Of a DNA stretch of 64,000 nucleotides, positions 18,422-28,255 are shown in pieces. This stretch comes from Candidatus Eiseniibacteriota bacterium. Its GTDB lineage: Bacteria; Eisenbacteria; RBG-16-71-46. The translations under genes were made by a program, and so were the position numbers. Where the stretch lies: positions 14,857 to 78,856 of the forward strand of contig DASXTP010000108.1 of the NCBI GenBank assembly GCA_036505355.1. Reading direction: 5' to 3'. Within the stretch, counting starts at the first letter, position 1, and each line of letters begins with the position of its first letter. The notes beneath the pieces are model-generated. The model ran no database searches. It saw nothing but the letters and a program-made list of their open reading frames with translations, and was not told the DNA's origin.

Positions 18422-19195
18422 CTATGCCGTCGCCTTTCTCTCGAGCGACGAGGTAAACGCCTTGAGCAGGTCGATGGGCACCGGGAAGATGGTGGTCGAG
18501 TTGTTCTCGGTCGCGATCTCCGCCAGCGTCTGCAGGTAGCGGAGCTGGAGAGCGGCCGGCTCGCGGGCGATCACCGCGGCCGCTTCGGTCAGGCGTGCCG
18601 CGGCCTGGTATTCGCCCTCGGCATTGATGACCTTGGCCCGACGCTCGCGCTCCGCCTCGGCCTGGCGCGCGATCGCCCGCTGCATCTCCTGGGGCAGGTC
18701 CACGTTCTTGACCTCGACCGTGCTCACCTTGACCCCCCACGGCTCGGTCTGCCGATCGATCACCTGCTGGAGCGCCTGGTTCAACTTCTCGCGCTCGGAA
18801 AGGAGCTCGTCGAGCTCAGCCTGGCCCAGGATGGAGCGCAACGTCGTCTGCGCGATCTGCGAGGTGGCGTAGAGGTAGTTCTCGACCTGCACCACCGCCT
18901 CCTGGGAGTTCATGACTCGGAAGTAAATGACGGCGTTCACCTTCACGGTGACGTTGTCGCGCGTGATGATGTCCTGCGGCGGCACGTCCATGGTGACCGT
19001 CCGCAGCCCGACCTTGACGGCGCGGTCGATGACCGGCCACAACAGCACGACGCCGGGCCCCCGCTCGCCGATCAGGCGCCCGAGACGGAATACCACCAGC
19101 CGCTCGTACTCCCGGACGATACGGATCGCGTTGGCGATGACGACCACGAAAATGAAGATCAGAAAGACCAGCAGCGAGCCCGCAAAAGTGATCAT
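18422..19195 (-). CDS. SPFH/band-7 (stomatin-like) membrane protein
   Basis: N-terminal TM helix followed by [49 protein letters not shown]. The start overlaps the nfeD stop (ATGA). Confidence 0.9.
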   Translation of the reverse strand: MITFAGSLLVFLIFIFVVVIANAIRIVREYERLVVFRLGRLIGERGPGVVLLWPVIDRAVKVGLRTVTMDVPPQDIITRDNVTVKVNAVIYFRVMNSQEAVVQVENYLYATSQIAQTTLRSILGQAELDELLSEREKLNQALQQVIDRQTEPWGVKVSTVEVKNVDLPQEMQRAIARQAEAERERRAKVINAEGEYQAAARLTEAAAVIAREPAALQLRYLQTLAEIATENNSTTIFPVPIDLLKAFTSSLERKATA

Positions 19196-20553
19196 GGTTG
19201 CGCCTCCTTGGCCAGAGGGCGGACGCGCAGCCTGAGCCCGTCCATGCCCGTGATCTCGACTTCCGAACCCACGTCCAGCGGCGAATCCGACCTCGCGCTC
19301 CAGATCTCACCCCCGAGCACCACCCGGCCGTTCGGCAGCCGTTCCACCACCACCGCCCGCGCCCCGATCAGGCCCTGACGTCCGGTGGTGACGCGGCGCT
19401 TCTGGGCGCGCAGCCCGGCCGCCACCAGGAGCAGGAAGAACGCCGAGGTGCTCATGGTGGCGGCCACGATGACCGCCCAGGACAGCCGCAGCCCCGGCCC
19501 CCCACCCTCGAACAAGATCAGCGATCCGAGCAACAACGAGATCACCCCGCCCGCGCCCAACAGTCCGTGGCTCGCGACCTTGATCTCGGCGAGGAAGAAC
19601 ACCACGGCCAGCAAGATCAACGCGATGCCCGCGTAGTTGACCGGCAAGACCGAGAGCGCCAGGAACGCCAGGATGAGACAGATGCCGCCCACCACTCCCG
19701 GCAGGATCGCCCCGGGATTCTGGAGCTCGAACAGCAGCCCGTAGAACCCGAGCATCATGAGGATGTAGGCCACGTTGGGTTCGGCGATCAGCGCCAGCAG
19801 TCGCTGACGAAAACCCGCCTCGATGCGGTCGACCGGCAAGCCACGAACCGCGAGCCGGTGTCTCTGCTCCCCACGGTGCCAGGAACGCCCGTCGGCCTTC
19901 GCCAGCACCTCGTCCAGCGTACCGGCCACGAAGTCGACCACCCCCAACGAGACCGCCTCGGTCTCGCTGGCCGCGACCGCTTCGCGTACCGCGCGCTCCG
20001 CCCATGCCACGCTGCGCCCGCGTTGAGCGGCCACCGTGCGGGCGAAGGCCGCCGCGTCGTTGGTGGCCTTGCGCGCCAGCGTCGAGTCCATGGGGCCCCC
20101 GAGGTTGACCGGAGTGGCCGCGCCGATATTGGTGCCCGGCGACATGGCGGCGACGTCGCCGGCCATCACCACGAAGACCCCGGCCGAGGCGGCGCGCGCT
20201 CCGCTCGGCGTGACCCAGGTGATGACCGGCACTTCGGCGGCGAGCATCCGCTTGACCATGTCGCGCATGCTCGATTCCAGCCCCCCCGGGGTGTCGACCT
20301 CGACCACCAGGGCTCGGTAGGCCTGACGCTCGGCGCGCTCGATCGCCGCACCCAGGGCCCCAGCGGTGACCGGGGAGACCGGACCGTCGAGACGCACCAC
20401 CAGGGCCCGCGCGGGCGGCGCCGCGACCGGAGTCGGTCGGGCCAGAGGCCCCCCCGAAAGCCCGGTCGCGGCGGCCAGGGTCAGAGCGAGGATCCAGCAC
20501 GTGCGGCGCGTCGTCCTCTCCCTTCCTTCCCTCGTCCCGCGATGACGGATCAC
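19192..20553 (-). CDS. nfeD: NfeD-family membrane-bound ClpP-class serine protease
   Basis: C-terminal 453 codons of ORF 19192..21921. GTG 20553 overlaps the thrC stop (GTGA). ClpP-like [17 protein letters not shown], four to five TM helices and a C-terminal NfeD OB-fold domain. Confidence 0.8.
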   Translation of the reverse strand: MIRHRGTREGRERTTRRTCWILALTLAAATGLSGGPLARPTPVAAPPARALVVRLDGPVSPVTAGALGAAIERAERQAYRALVVEVDTPGGLESSMRDMVKRMLAAEVPVITWVTPSGARAASAGVFVVMAGDVAAMSPGTNIGAATPVNLGGPMDSTLARKATNDAAAFARTVAAQRGRSVAWAERAVREAVAASETEAVSLGVVDFVAGTLDEVLAKADGRSWHRGEQRHRLAVRGLPVDRIEAGFRQRLLALIAEPNVAYILMMLGFYGLLFELQNPGAILPGVVGGICLILAFLALSVLPVNYAGIALILLAVVFFLAEIKVASHGLLGAGGVISLLLGSLILFEGGGPGLRLSWAVIVAATMSTSAFFLLLVAAGLRAQKRRVTTGRQGLIGARAVVVERLPNGRVVLGGEIWSARSDSPLDVGSEVEITGMDGLRLRVRPLAKEAQP

Positions 20554-21782
20554 CAGGGGCTCCCCGCCCCGCCGCCGCTCCTGCGGCGCCGGACCTCCGC
20601 CCAGGCCTCGAGGTACTTGAGCCCGGAACCGGTGTTGAACAGTACCACCCGCTGACCTGCTCGCACCTCGCCGCTCGCCCGCAGCTGGCGCAGCGCCGCC
20701 ACGGTCGCCCCGCCCTCGGGGCACGCGAAGCATCCTTCTCGTTCGGCCAACTCGCTCATGCCGTCGAGCAGCTCCTCCTCGCTCACCTCCACCGCGGTGC
20801 CTCCACTCTCGTGCACGGCCTTCAGGATGAGCCGGTCCGCGAACGGCGAGGGTACGCAGAGGCCGCTCGCCAGCGTCCGCGCCTCCTGCCACGCCGTCAC
20901 TCGGGCCGCCCCCTCGCGCACCGCGCGCACCACCGGCGCGCAGCCGCGGGATTGGACCGCGATCAGGCGAGGCATCGGCTCGCGGACCCAGCCCAACCCC
21001 AGCAGTTCGCGGAATGCGCGCCACATCCCCACCAGCCCAGTCCCGCCACCGGTAGGATAGAAGATCGCTTCGGGCAACCGCCAGCCCGATTGCTCCGCGA
21101 TCTCGTAGCCCAGAGTCTTCTTGCCCTCCAAGCGAAACGGCTCTCGGAAGGTGGCCACGTTCCACCACTCGGGAGCCGGCGCCCAGGTGGCCAGCGCCGT
21201 TCCGGCGTCGGTAATAGTCCCGGCCACGAGACGCACTTCGGCCCCCAGGGAGCGGGCCTCGAGCACCAAGGCCTCGGGCGTGTCCTCGGGCATGGCGATG
21301 CGGCAACGCATCCCGCTCGCGGCCGCGTAGGCCGCGGCGGCGCTGCCGGCGTTGCCGGCCGAAGGCAGGGCGATCGCCGAGCGCTCGAACGCCAGGGCCC
21401 CGCTGACCGCCAGCGCCAGCCCTCGGGCCTTGAACGAGTGCGTCGGATTGCCCGACTCGTCCTTGAGCCACAGGCGCTCGAGCCCGAGCTCCGCCCCCAA
21501 GCGGGGCAGCGCTCTCAGCGGCGTGCCGCCCTCCCCCAGCCGGATGACGGGAAACTCGGGCGCGAACGGCAGCACGGCGCGATACCGCCACAGGTCGGAA
21601 CCGAACCGGCCGAGGTCGCCGGGCCGGATCGCGGCGGCGATTCCCTCCAGATCGTAGCGGGCGAGCAGCGGTTGCCCGCAGGCCGGACAGGTCGAGCGTG
21701 GGGCGCGGAGATCGACCTCCTCGCCGCACGCGGAGCAACCGAGGGCGAGCAGCCGGGGGTTGAACGCGCGTTCCGGGCTCAA
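20550..21782 (-). CDS. thrC: Threonine synthase
   Basis: N-terminal zinc ribbon CSACGEE..CPACGQPL, PLP-lysine context NPTHSFKARG, GNAG. TTG 21782 overlaps the rsgA stop (TTGA), and this start is tentative. Confidence 0.8.
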   Translation of the reverse strand: MSPERAFNPRLLALGCSACGEEVDLRAPRSTCPACGQPLLARYDLEGIAAAIRPGDLGRFGSDLWRYRAVLPFAPEFPVIRLGEGGTPLRALPRLGAELGLERLWLKDESGNPTHSFKARGLALAVSGALAFERSAIALPSAGNAGSAAAAYAAASGMRCRIAMPEDTPEALVLEARSLGAEVRLVAGTITDAGTALATWAPAPEWWNVATFREPFRLEGKKTLGYEIAEQSGWRLPEAIFYPTGGGTGLVGMWRAFRELLGLGWVREPMPRLIAVQSRGCAPVVRAVREGAARVTAWQEARTLASGLCVPSPFADRLILKAVHESGGTAVEVSEEELLDGMSELAEREGCFACPEGGATVAALRQLRASGEVRAGQRVVLFNTGSGLKYLEAWAEVRRRRSGGGAGSPW

Positions 21783-22771
21783 CGGGATCCCGGCCGCGCC
21801 AGCTCGGCATTGGCCTCGCGCTCCAGCTCCTGGCGCAGCTTGACGAACGACGCGTAGCGCGGCTCGGCGATCTCGCCCCGCGCGAGCGCCTCCCGCACCG
21901 CGCAACCCGGCTCGCGCGCATGCGAGCAGTCGCGGAACCGGCACGGAGGAAGACTCACGAACTCGCGATAGAACCGGTCCAGATGGCGGGGCCCGATCCC
22001 CCACAATGCGAAAGACTTGAGACCTGGCGTGTCGACGAGTTCAAGATCCGGCTCCGCGCGCACCAGCCAGGCCGCCGTGGTGGTGTGGCGCCCCTTGCCG
22101 GTGGTCGGGTTGACGCGCCCCACCAGCAGGTCGAGTCCGGGTACCATGGCGTTGAGTAGCGTACTCTTGCCCGCTCCCGAGGGCCCCACGAACAGGGTGC
22201 GCCGCCCGCGACAAGCGGCCTTGAGCGCCGGCACTCCCTGGTCGCTCAAGGCGCAAACGGCGTGGCTCGGGTATCCGGCGGACCCATAGGTATCGAGGAT
22301 TTCCTCGGCACGCGCGGCGACATCGCGATCGCGCGCCGCCAGGTCCATCTTGGCGAGCACCAAGCGCGCCGGGAGACCCGCTCGCTCGGCCTGACACAGC
22401 ACGCGATCGGTGAAGCCGGGACGAAAGGTCGGCTCGGCGCAGGACGACACCAGCGCCAGTTGGTCCAGATTGGCGGCGACCACCTGCTCCCCCACCTGGC
22501 GGCCGACGAGGCGGCGCGAGAACGCGTTGCGCCGCGGCTCGACCCCGGTGATGACGGCCGCGGCGTCGCTCGAGGGCCGCGTCGGCGCGGCGGCTCCGTG
22601 TTCGGCTCTCGCGACCGGCTCGAACTGAGCGCGATCCCCGACCACCACGGCATTGCCCAGGGCTTTCCGCGGCCCCATCAAGCGCCCGCGGACCGTGGCC
22701 TTGAGCAACGACCCGTCCTCCAGCATCAGGACGCAGCCGCCGAAATCCACGCGCGCGACCTCGCCGTGCAT
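21779..22771 (-). CDS. rsgA: Ribosome small-subunit-dependent GTPase A
   Basis: From ATG 22771 within ORF 21779..23167. Circularly permuted GTPase motifs (LAKMDL, GPSGAGKSTLLN, DTPG) and a C-terminal zinc knuckle C..C.H..EPGCAV. Confidence 0.9.
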   Translation of the reverse strand: MHGEVARVDFGGCVLMLEDGSLLKATVRGRLMGPRKALGNAVVVGDRAQFEPVARAEHGAAAPTRPSSDAAAVITGVEPRRNAFSRRLVGRQVGEQVVAANLDQLALVSSCAEPTFRPGFTDRVLCQAERAGLPARLVLAKMDLAARDRDVAARAEEILDTYGSAGYPSHAVCALSDQGVPALKAACRGRRTLFVGPSGAGKSTLLNAMVPGLDLLVGRVNPTTGKGRHTTTAAWLVRAEPDLELVDTPGLKSFALWGIGPRHLDRFYREFVSLPPCRFRDCSHAREPGCAVREALARGEIAEPRYASFVKLRQELEREANAELARPGSR

Positions 22772-24198
22772 CAGCTCCAGGCGCCCGGCCCGTCCACCGG
22801 CAGCGTGATCGTGAAGCAGGCCCCCCGACCGGGTGGACTGTCGGCGATGATCGAGCCACCGTGGTTGGCGATGATCCGGTACGAGGTCGAGAGTCCGAAG
22901 CCATGCCCTTCGGGACGGGTCGTGAACTTGGGATCGAACACCTTGGGCAGGACCTGGGCCGGGATGCCCGGGCCGGTGTCGGTCACTTCCAGCCGCAAGC
23001 GGCGGGACCGATCGTCGAAGTCGCTGGTCACGGTAATGGCTTTTCGCGGGGTGCCGTTCTCGGCCATCGCGTCGGCGGCGTTCATGAACAGATTGAGGAA
23101 CACCTGCTGGAGCTGACCGGGGTCGGCTTGGAGGTCCGGCACGTGGCCGGTCAGGCGCAGATCCCATTCGATGCCGTCGAAGCGATTCTGGGGACGCACG
23201 AATTCCACCGAACGCTGGACCAGTGCATTGACGTCCACGCGCTGGATCTTGAGCTCGGCACTCGAGAACTCCATCAGGCCTTTCGACATGGTCTCGACGC
23301 GCTTCGATTGCTCCAGGATGATCTGGGCGTGCCGCGAGACGTGGGCGAACACCTGGCGCTCCGCATCTCGCAGCAGCATCTGAGCCCGTCCGCTGATCGC
23401 CACCAGCTGATTGCGCAGCTCGTGACCGATCTCGGCCGCCATCTCGCCCTTGGCGGCCATGCGCTCGCTGTGGATCAGGAGATTCTGGGCGTTACGAAGC
23501 TCGGCGAAGCGTCGTTGCGACTCGTGGGTGATGCGCAACGGCGCATAGAACAGGAGGACGCCCGGGTACCCGATCGCGCCGTAGGATATCACCACCAGCG
23601 GGCTCAGCAGGAACAACGCCATGTCGTCGAACAGCCGCTCCCGGTAGAACCAATCCTCGCGCAGCACCCGCAGGTAGGAGCGTCCGGTGGACCACGCCAC
23701 TGCCACCGCCACCAGCGCCCGGTTGACCAGCATGTAGGCGCCGATCAGCCCTAGGAACGGAGCCGCGAGGTTCGGCCCCGCGCTCCCCAGCCCCACGCGA
23801 CCCCCGGCCTCGAGCCCGCCGACCGGCCCGCCCAGCCCGATCATGGCGGTGCCGGCCGCCCACATGGCGATGGCAATCTGGGCGGCGTTGAAGAGCGCCC
23901 GCTCCCAGGGCTTGCGCTGCACGAACACGTTGGCCAGCAGGGTGCTGGCCGACACGATCCACATCGAGGCGGATTGCCCCCACAGCACCAGTGCGGCCAG
24001 ATTCGCGGTCGAGGCGGCGCTCACCGTGCCTTCACCGGAGATCGCCGTGAGCCATAGCGTCTCCGACAGCAGGCAGATGAGCGTCCACAGCAAGTAATGG
24101 ATCCAGCGCCGGTCGAGATCGAGCGGAATGTAGAGTCCGAGGAGAATCGCCGCGGTCAGGCCGACCGCCACCAGGTAGATCCGGAGGCGTAAGCTCAC
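22771..24198 (-). CDS. Sensor histidine kinase with multi-pass membrane N-terminal domain
   Basis: GTG 24198 overlaps the upstream stop (GTGA). About 240 aa of hydrophobic helices, then H-box EIGHELRNQL, N-box LNLFMNAADAM, DTGPGI and GHGFGL. Confidence 0.85.
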   Translation of the reverse strand: MSLRLRIYLVAVGLTAAILLGLYIPLDLDRRWIHYLLWTLICLLSETLWLTAISGEGTVSAASTANLAALVLWGQSASMWIVSASTLLANVFVQRKPWERALFNAAQIAIAMWAAGTAMIGLGGPVGGLEAGGRVGLGSAGPNLAAPFLGLIGAYMLVNRALVAVAVAWSTGRSYLRVLREDWFYRERLFDDMALFLLSPLVVISYGAIGYPGVLLFYAPLRITHESQRRFAELRNAQNLLIHSERMAAKGEMAAEIGHELRNQLVAISGRAQMLLRDAERQVFAHVSRHAQIILEQSKRVETMSKGLMEFSSAELKIQRVDVNALVQRSVEFVRPQNRFDGIEWDLRLTGHVPDLQADPGQLQQVFLNLFMNAADAMAENGTPRKAITVTSDFDDRSRRLRLEVTDTGPGIPAQVLPKVFDPKFTTRPEGHGFGLSTSYRIIANHGGSIIADSPPGRGACFTITLPVDGPGAWS

Positions 24199-25220
24199 CG
24201 ACTCACCTCCCCGACCGGCACGGCTCCCAGCCCGGGGCGGTCCGAGAGCACGATGCGTCCCCGCTCCGCGGGGGCGCCGTCGAACGGATCGGCGGCCAGC
24301 AGCCAGTGCCCGTCGAGATCGAGGTGATCGGCGAGCGGCGCCAACTGGGCCGCCGCCGAGAGCGCCAGGCTCGATTCCACCATCGATCCCAGCATCACCT
24401 TCATGCCATGAGCCCGGGCGGCGTGGATCAGGCGGAGCATCGGCCGGATGCCGCCCGACTTCATCAGCTTCAGGTTCACGCCGTCCACCCGGCCGGCCAG
24501 GTTCGCGATGTCGGCCGGATCGTGCACGCTCTCGTCGGCAAACACCGGGATCCCGCTGTGCTCGCGCACCCATTGGAGTCCGGCCAGGTCGGCGCGTGGG
24601 ACCGGCTGCTCCACCAGCTCGATGTCGAGCGGCTCGATCGCGCGCAGCACGCGCACGGCGTCGCTGGCGCTCCAGGCGGTGTTGGCGTCGACCCGGATCC
24701 GCCCCCGGTACGACCCGCGGATGCGACGCAGGTTGTCCACGTCGCCGGGCAATCCCAGCTTCACCTTGAGCACCGGAAAGTCGCGCACCTGGTCGAGCTT
24801 GCGCTCCATCTCCTCGGGCGACGCCATGCCGAGCGTGACCGAGGACAGCGGCACGGCTTCGCGGTCCAAGCCGAGCCATTTCCACACCGGCAACCCCAAC
24901 CGCTTTCCGATCCAGTCGTGCAGCGCCGAGTCGACCGCCGCCCGCGCCGCCCTCTGCCCGCCGAGGACCTGGTCGAGGCGCTGCTCGATCGCCTCGAGGG
25001 CGAACGGGTCCTGGCCGAGAGCGGGCGCCCAGCTCTCCAGCGCGACCTCCACCAGCCGCCGGTTCTCGCCGTAGTAGTGGGAAGGGGCGGCCTCCCCCAG
25101 GCCGTCGATGCCGTCGTGGGCGATCCGCACCAGGGTGTTGGCGTGGGCCTTCGAGCCCCCGACCGAGATACGGAATTCGAAGGCGGTGGTCAGGTCGAGC
25201 GGTTCATGCGAGAGCCGCAC
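24195..25220 (-). CDS. Enolase-superfamily dipeptide epimerase-like protein (MLE subgroup)
   Basis: KVKLG, RVDAN, ELVEQP, ADES and KLMK blocks typical of L-Ala-D/L-Glu epimerase relatives. The start is GTG 25220 or GTG 25244. Confidence 0.8.
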   Translation of the reverse strand: MRLSHEPLDLTTAFEFRISVGGSKAHANTLVRIAHDGIDGLGEAAPSHYYGENRRLVEVALESWAPALGQDPFALEAIEQRLDQVLGGQRAARAAVDSALHDWIGKRLGLPVWKWLGLDREAVPLSSVTLGMASPEEMERKLDQVRDFPVLKVKLGLPGDVDNLRRIRGSYRGRIRVDANTAWSASDAVRVLRAIEPLDIELVEQPVPRADLAGLQWVREHSGIPVFADESVHDPADIANLAGRVDGVNLKLMKSGGIRPMLRLIHAARAHGMKVMLGSMVESSLALSAAAQLAPLADHLDLDGHWLLAADPFDGAPAERGRIVLSDRPGLGAVPVGEVSR

Positions 25221-26325
25221 CGCCCCTCCGCTGCGCCGCCCCACGCGCCACCGCCTCCGCCAGCGGCCCTGCCCCGAAGCGCACCGGATCGGTGACCGGC
25301 AACCCCGTGTCCCGGGCCGCTGCCTGGATCTCGCGTCGGGCCTCGGCCTCTTCCAACGCCCCGGTGTGAAGGGCGATTCCCATCACCCGACCGGGCGAAA
25401 CCCAGCCGGCCGCGGTCTCGTAGGCCCGCACCAGCTCGGGAAGCGGTGGGATCTCGGGCTCGCCCCGTGGTGTCGCGCCCACGGCGCCCGCCGGCGCGGC
25501 GGGCCGAGCCGACGGGGAGCGCATCGTGGCTCGGCCTGGCTGATGGCAGAGTAGCATCGCCTGCGGACACGCCCCGTGCAGGAGCGCCAAAGTCACGCCG
25601 GAATAGCCCGGGTGGTGCAGGGCACCCTGACCCTCGACCAGCACGACCTCGGCCGAGCGGGCGGCCTCGACCACCAAGTCCTCCACCACCCCGGCCACGA
25701 AGTCCCCCGGCACCGCGTCCACGGCCACGCCACGATCCGCCAGGAAGATTCCGGTTTGTCCGGTGGCCACGAATGCGGTCCGAAGCCCCAGCGCCTCGAG
25801 GGCGGGCTGGATCTCGAGGGCCGTCGTCATCTTGCCGACGTTGCAGTCGCTGCCCACCGTGACCACCACCAAGGCGTCCACCTCCGCGGCGCGTCGCGCG
25901 GCCACCGGGTGGCCGGCGGGCGGCCGCCGGACGTCCACGAGCCGCGCCCCACGCGCCGCCGCCAGTCCAACCAGCTCCCGGTCGTCGGCCAGGAAGGCAT
26001 GGAGCCCCGACAGCACGTCCCAGCCCCGCTCGAGCGCTTCGCGCACCACGGAGCGCCACTCCGCCGGCAGCTCGCCCCCCTGGGGGGCGATCCCGATCAT
26101 CAGGCTGTCCGCGCCCGCCGCCGCCGCCGCGGCCAGGTCTTCCACCACCGGCAGGTCGCCGCCCCACCCGACGCATTCTTCGGCGGTTCGCCCGGCTCTG
26201 GTCGAGTCGATCACCGCTGCCACCTCGCGCCGCCGGTACCGCAATACGCCCGCTGCGGTCTTGGCGTCGAGCGCCGTAAACCGTCCTTCGGCCAGCAGCG
26301 CCAATCGTCGGGTCTTGCCGAGCAT
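25204..26325 (-). CDS. DUF1611-family protein (DgcN-like)
   Basis: From ATG 26325 within ORF 25204..26664. LAEG..DAKTA.GVLRY, VGSDCNVGKMTT and EGQGAL.HPGYSGVTL are typical DUF1611 blocks. Confidence 0.75.
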   Translation of the reverse strand: MLGKTRRLALLAEGRFTALDAKTAAGVLRYRRREVAAVIDSTRAGRTAEECVGWGGDLPVVEDLAAAAAAGADSLMIGIAPQGGELPAEWRSVVREALERGWDVLSGLHAFLADDRELVGLAAARGARLVDVRRPPAGHPVAARRAAEVDALVVVTVGSDCNVGKMTTALEIQPALEALGLRTAFVATGQTGIFLADRGVAVDAVPGDFVAGVVEDLVVEAARSAEVVLVEGQGALHHPGYSGVTLALLHGACPQAMLLCHQPGRATMRSPSARPAAPAGAVGATPRGEPEIPPLPELVRAYETAAGWVSPGRVMGIALHTGALEEAEARREIQAAARDTGLPVTDPVRFGAGPLAEAVARGAAQRRGGAALA

Positions 26326-26330
26326 GGCCC

Positions 26331-27536
26331 TCAGCGCAGCGATCCGTACACCCGCAGGTATCGCTCCACCATCTCGTCCACGCTGAACCGCTCGCGCGCC
26401 ACGCGACGCGCGTTGCGCCCCAGGGTGCGGCGGAGGTCTTCGTCGGTCAACAGGTGGAGGACCGCGGAGACGAACCCCGCCGTATCCCCGGGGTCGTGCA
26501 GGAAGCCCGTCACGCCGTGTTCGATCACCTCGGGCAAGCCGCCGATATTGGACGCCACCACCGGCACCTCCGCGCTCATCGCTTCGAGCGCGACCAGACC
26601 GAAGCTCTCGGAAGAGCTGGGCAATAAGAAGACATCGGCAAGCGGCAGCAATTCCTCCATGCAATCCTGGTTGCCCAGGAAAAGCACGTCGCGTTGCAAC
26701 CCGAGCTCGCGCGCCAACTGCTCGGCCCCGGCTTTCTCTGGGCCGTCCCCGATCATGACCAGCTTGGCCCGCAGCCGCTTGCGGACTTCGGCGAATACCT
26801 GAATCACCACCGGGATATTCTTGACCGGTCTGAAGTTGGAGGCATGCATCAGGACGCGCGCCGAGGCCGGGGCGAGGCGCAGCGTGGTCCGTCTGCGAGG
26901 CGCGAACACCCGGGAGTCGACGAAGTTGTAGATCACGTCGATTGGACGAGTGATGCCGAAGCTTTCCTCGGCGCGCTCCTTGAGGAAGCGGCTGACCGCC
27001 GTGACCCGGTCGCTGGACTGGATGCTGAACTGGGTGACGCGGAAGAACGCCGGTTCCATCCCGACCACTGTGATGTCGGTGCCGTGGAGGGTGGTGACCA
27101 CGCCCAACTGGCGCGGCCGCAGGAGCTGGCGCGCCAGATAGGCGCTGGCCGCGAACGGCATGGCATAGTGCACGTGGAGCAAGTCGAGGCCGTAGTTCTC
27201 GGCGACTTCCACCATCTTCGTGGTGAGGGCCAGGTTGTAGGGGGTTTGCTCGAACACCGGGTAGGACGCGGGCGTGGCCTCGTGGAAGTAGAGGTTCGAG
27301 GCGAACGTGCGCAGGCGGAAGGGCAGCCGGTGCGCGATGAAGTGCACCTGGTATCCGCGTTTCGCCAACGCCAGGCCCAGCTCGGTGGCCACCACCCCGC
27401 TACCACCGAAGTGCGAATAACAGGTGATCCCGATGCGCCTGGGGCGCTTCCGGCTCCTTGGCCGGCCGCTCCCCTGCCGGCGGGTTCCACCGCGACCGGG
27501 GGCCGGGGGGTCGCGTCGCCGCGGCCGCCGTGTCAT
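26331..27536 (-). CDS. bshA: N-acetyl-alpha-D-glucosaminyl L-malate synthase (GT4)
   Basis: IGITCYSHFGGSGVVATELGLALAKRGYQVHFI is the hallmark BshA N-terminus, and the C-terminal part is GT4-like. The only in-frame start is ATG 27536, which overlaps the bshB1 stop (ATGA). Confidence 0.8.
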   Translation of the reverse strand: MTRRPRRRDPPAPGRGGTRRQGSGRPRSRKRPRRIGITCYSHFGGSGVVATELGLALAKRGYQVHFIAHRLPFRLRTFASNLYFHEATPASYPVFEQTPYNLALTTKMVEVAENYGLDLLHVHYAMPFAASAYLARQLLRPRQLGVVTTLHGTDITVVGMEPAFFRVTQFSIQSSDRVTAVSRFLKERAEESFGITRPIDVIYNFVDSRVFAPRRRTTLRLAPASARVLMHASNFRPVKNIPVVIQVFAEVRKRLRAKLVMIGDGPEKAGAEQLARELGLQRDVLFLGNQDCMEELLPLADVFLLPSSSESFGLVALEAMSAEVPVVASNIGGLPEVIEHGVTGFLHDPGDTAGFVSAVLHLLTDEDLRRTLGRNARRVARERFSVDEMVERYLRVYGSLR

Positions 27537-28255
27537 GCCGGCTCTCTCGTGGACCCCGGCAGCAAGACCCGAGCGTCTTCGACCAGAAACGGGACCGGCG
27601 AGCGATACCCTTCGCCGTAACGGACGCCGATCGCAGCGCCGAAGCCGCGGGCGCGTGATTCCACCTCTTCCACGAACTCGGGGCGGGTCAGGTAGGTGGC
27701 CGGGCCGGGCCCGGAACCGAGCTGGCTCTGGTGCGCGCGGAGTGCCTGAAGGCGCCGGCTCCACACCGAGGTGATATCGACCACCAGGTGAGGTCGGCGC
27801 ATCGAGCGGTAGAGCGCGAACAGCAGCCGGCCCGGCCGGAAGCGCTCGCCACCGGCCTGGAATCGGGCCAGCCCGGCCAGATAGCAGGCCCGAGCCACCA
27901 GCCGTGAGGCCTCGACGTGATCCGGATGGACGTCCTCGGCCTCCGGGGCCACCACCAGCCGAGGACGCTCCGACCGGAGGCACTCGACGAGCGCCACTTG
28001 CTGGGAACGATCCCGAGCGTCGAGCCCGAGGTCCGGCAGACGGAGGTTGAGCCGCCGCGCGATCCCCAGCGCGCGCGCTGCCTCCTCGGACTCCCGCGCA
28101 CGTTCCTCGACGGTTCCGCGGCTGGCCGCCTCGCCGCGGGTCAGGTCCACGACCCCCACGCCGTGGCCGTGCGCGGCGAGCAGCGCCGCCAGGCCCCCTG
28201 AGGTCAGCTCCACGTCGTCGGGGTGGGCCCCGAAGAACAGGGCGTCGAGCGCCAT
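27533..28255 (-). CDS. bshB1: N-acetyl-alpha-D-glucosaminyl L-malate deacetylase (PIG-L/LmbE family)
   Basis: From ATG 28255. AHPDDVE, HPDH and the LmbE-type layout. Flanked by bshC and bshA. Confidence 0.8.
   Translation of the reverse strand: MALDALFFGAHPDDVELTSGGLAALLAAHGHGVGVVDLTRGEAASRGTVEERARESEEAARALGIARRLNLRLPDLGLDARDRSQQVALVECLRSERPRLVVAPEAEDVHPDHVEASRLVARACYLAGLARFQAGGERFRPGRLLFALYRSMRRPHLVVDITSVWSRRLQALRAHQSQLGSGPGPATYLTRPEFVEEVESRARGFGAAIGVRYGEGYRSPVPFLVEDARVLLPGSTREPA

Noticed and set aside
19198-20655. Long ORFs antisense or out of frame to confident genes. Examples: 19198..20655, 9630..11006, 9143..11434, 37744..40221, 38391..41219, 41698..43020, 43017..44588 and 56618..57847.
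   Set aside because: Their translations are dominated by Arg/Pro/Gly/Ala/Ser runs typical of non-coding frames in GC-rich DNA. They overlap genes with clear family signatures (nfeD, ABC-F, dnaK, GT2, dcd and others).
19192-21921. The 909-aa ORF taken as a single gene. The same applies to the long N-terminal extensions of ORFs 1410..2774, 15888..16928, 21779..23167, 22771..24885, 25204..26664, 26331..27983, 27533..29740 and 47912..49465.
   Set aside because: Only the C-terminal parts show protein-family signatures. The N-terminal parts run through the upstream gene in another frame. Plausible internal starts overlap the upstream stop codons.
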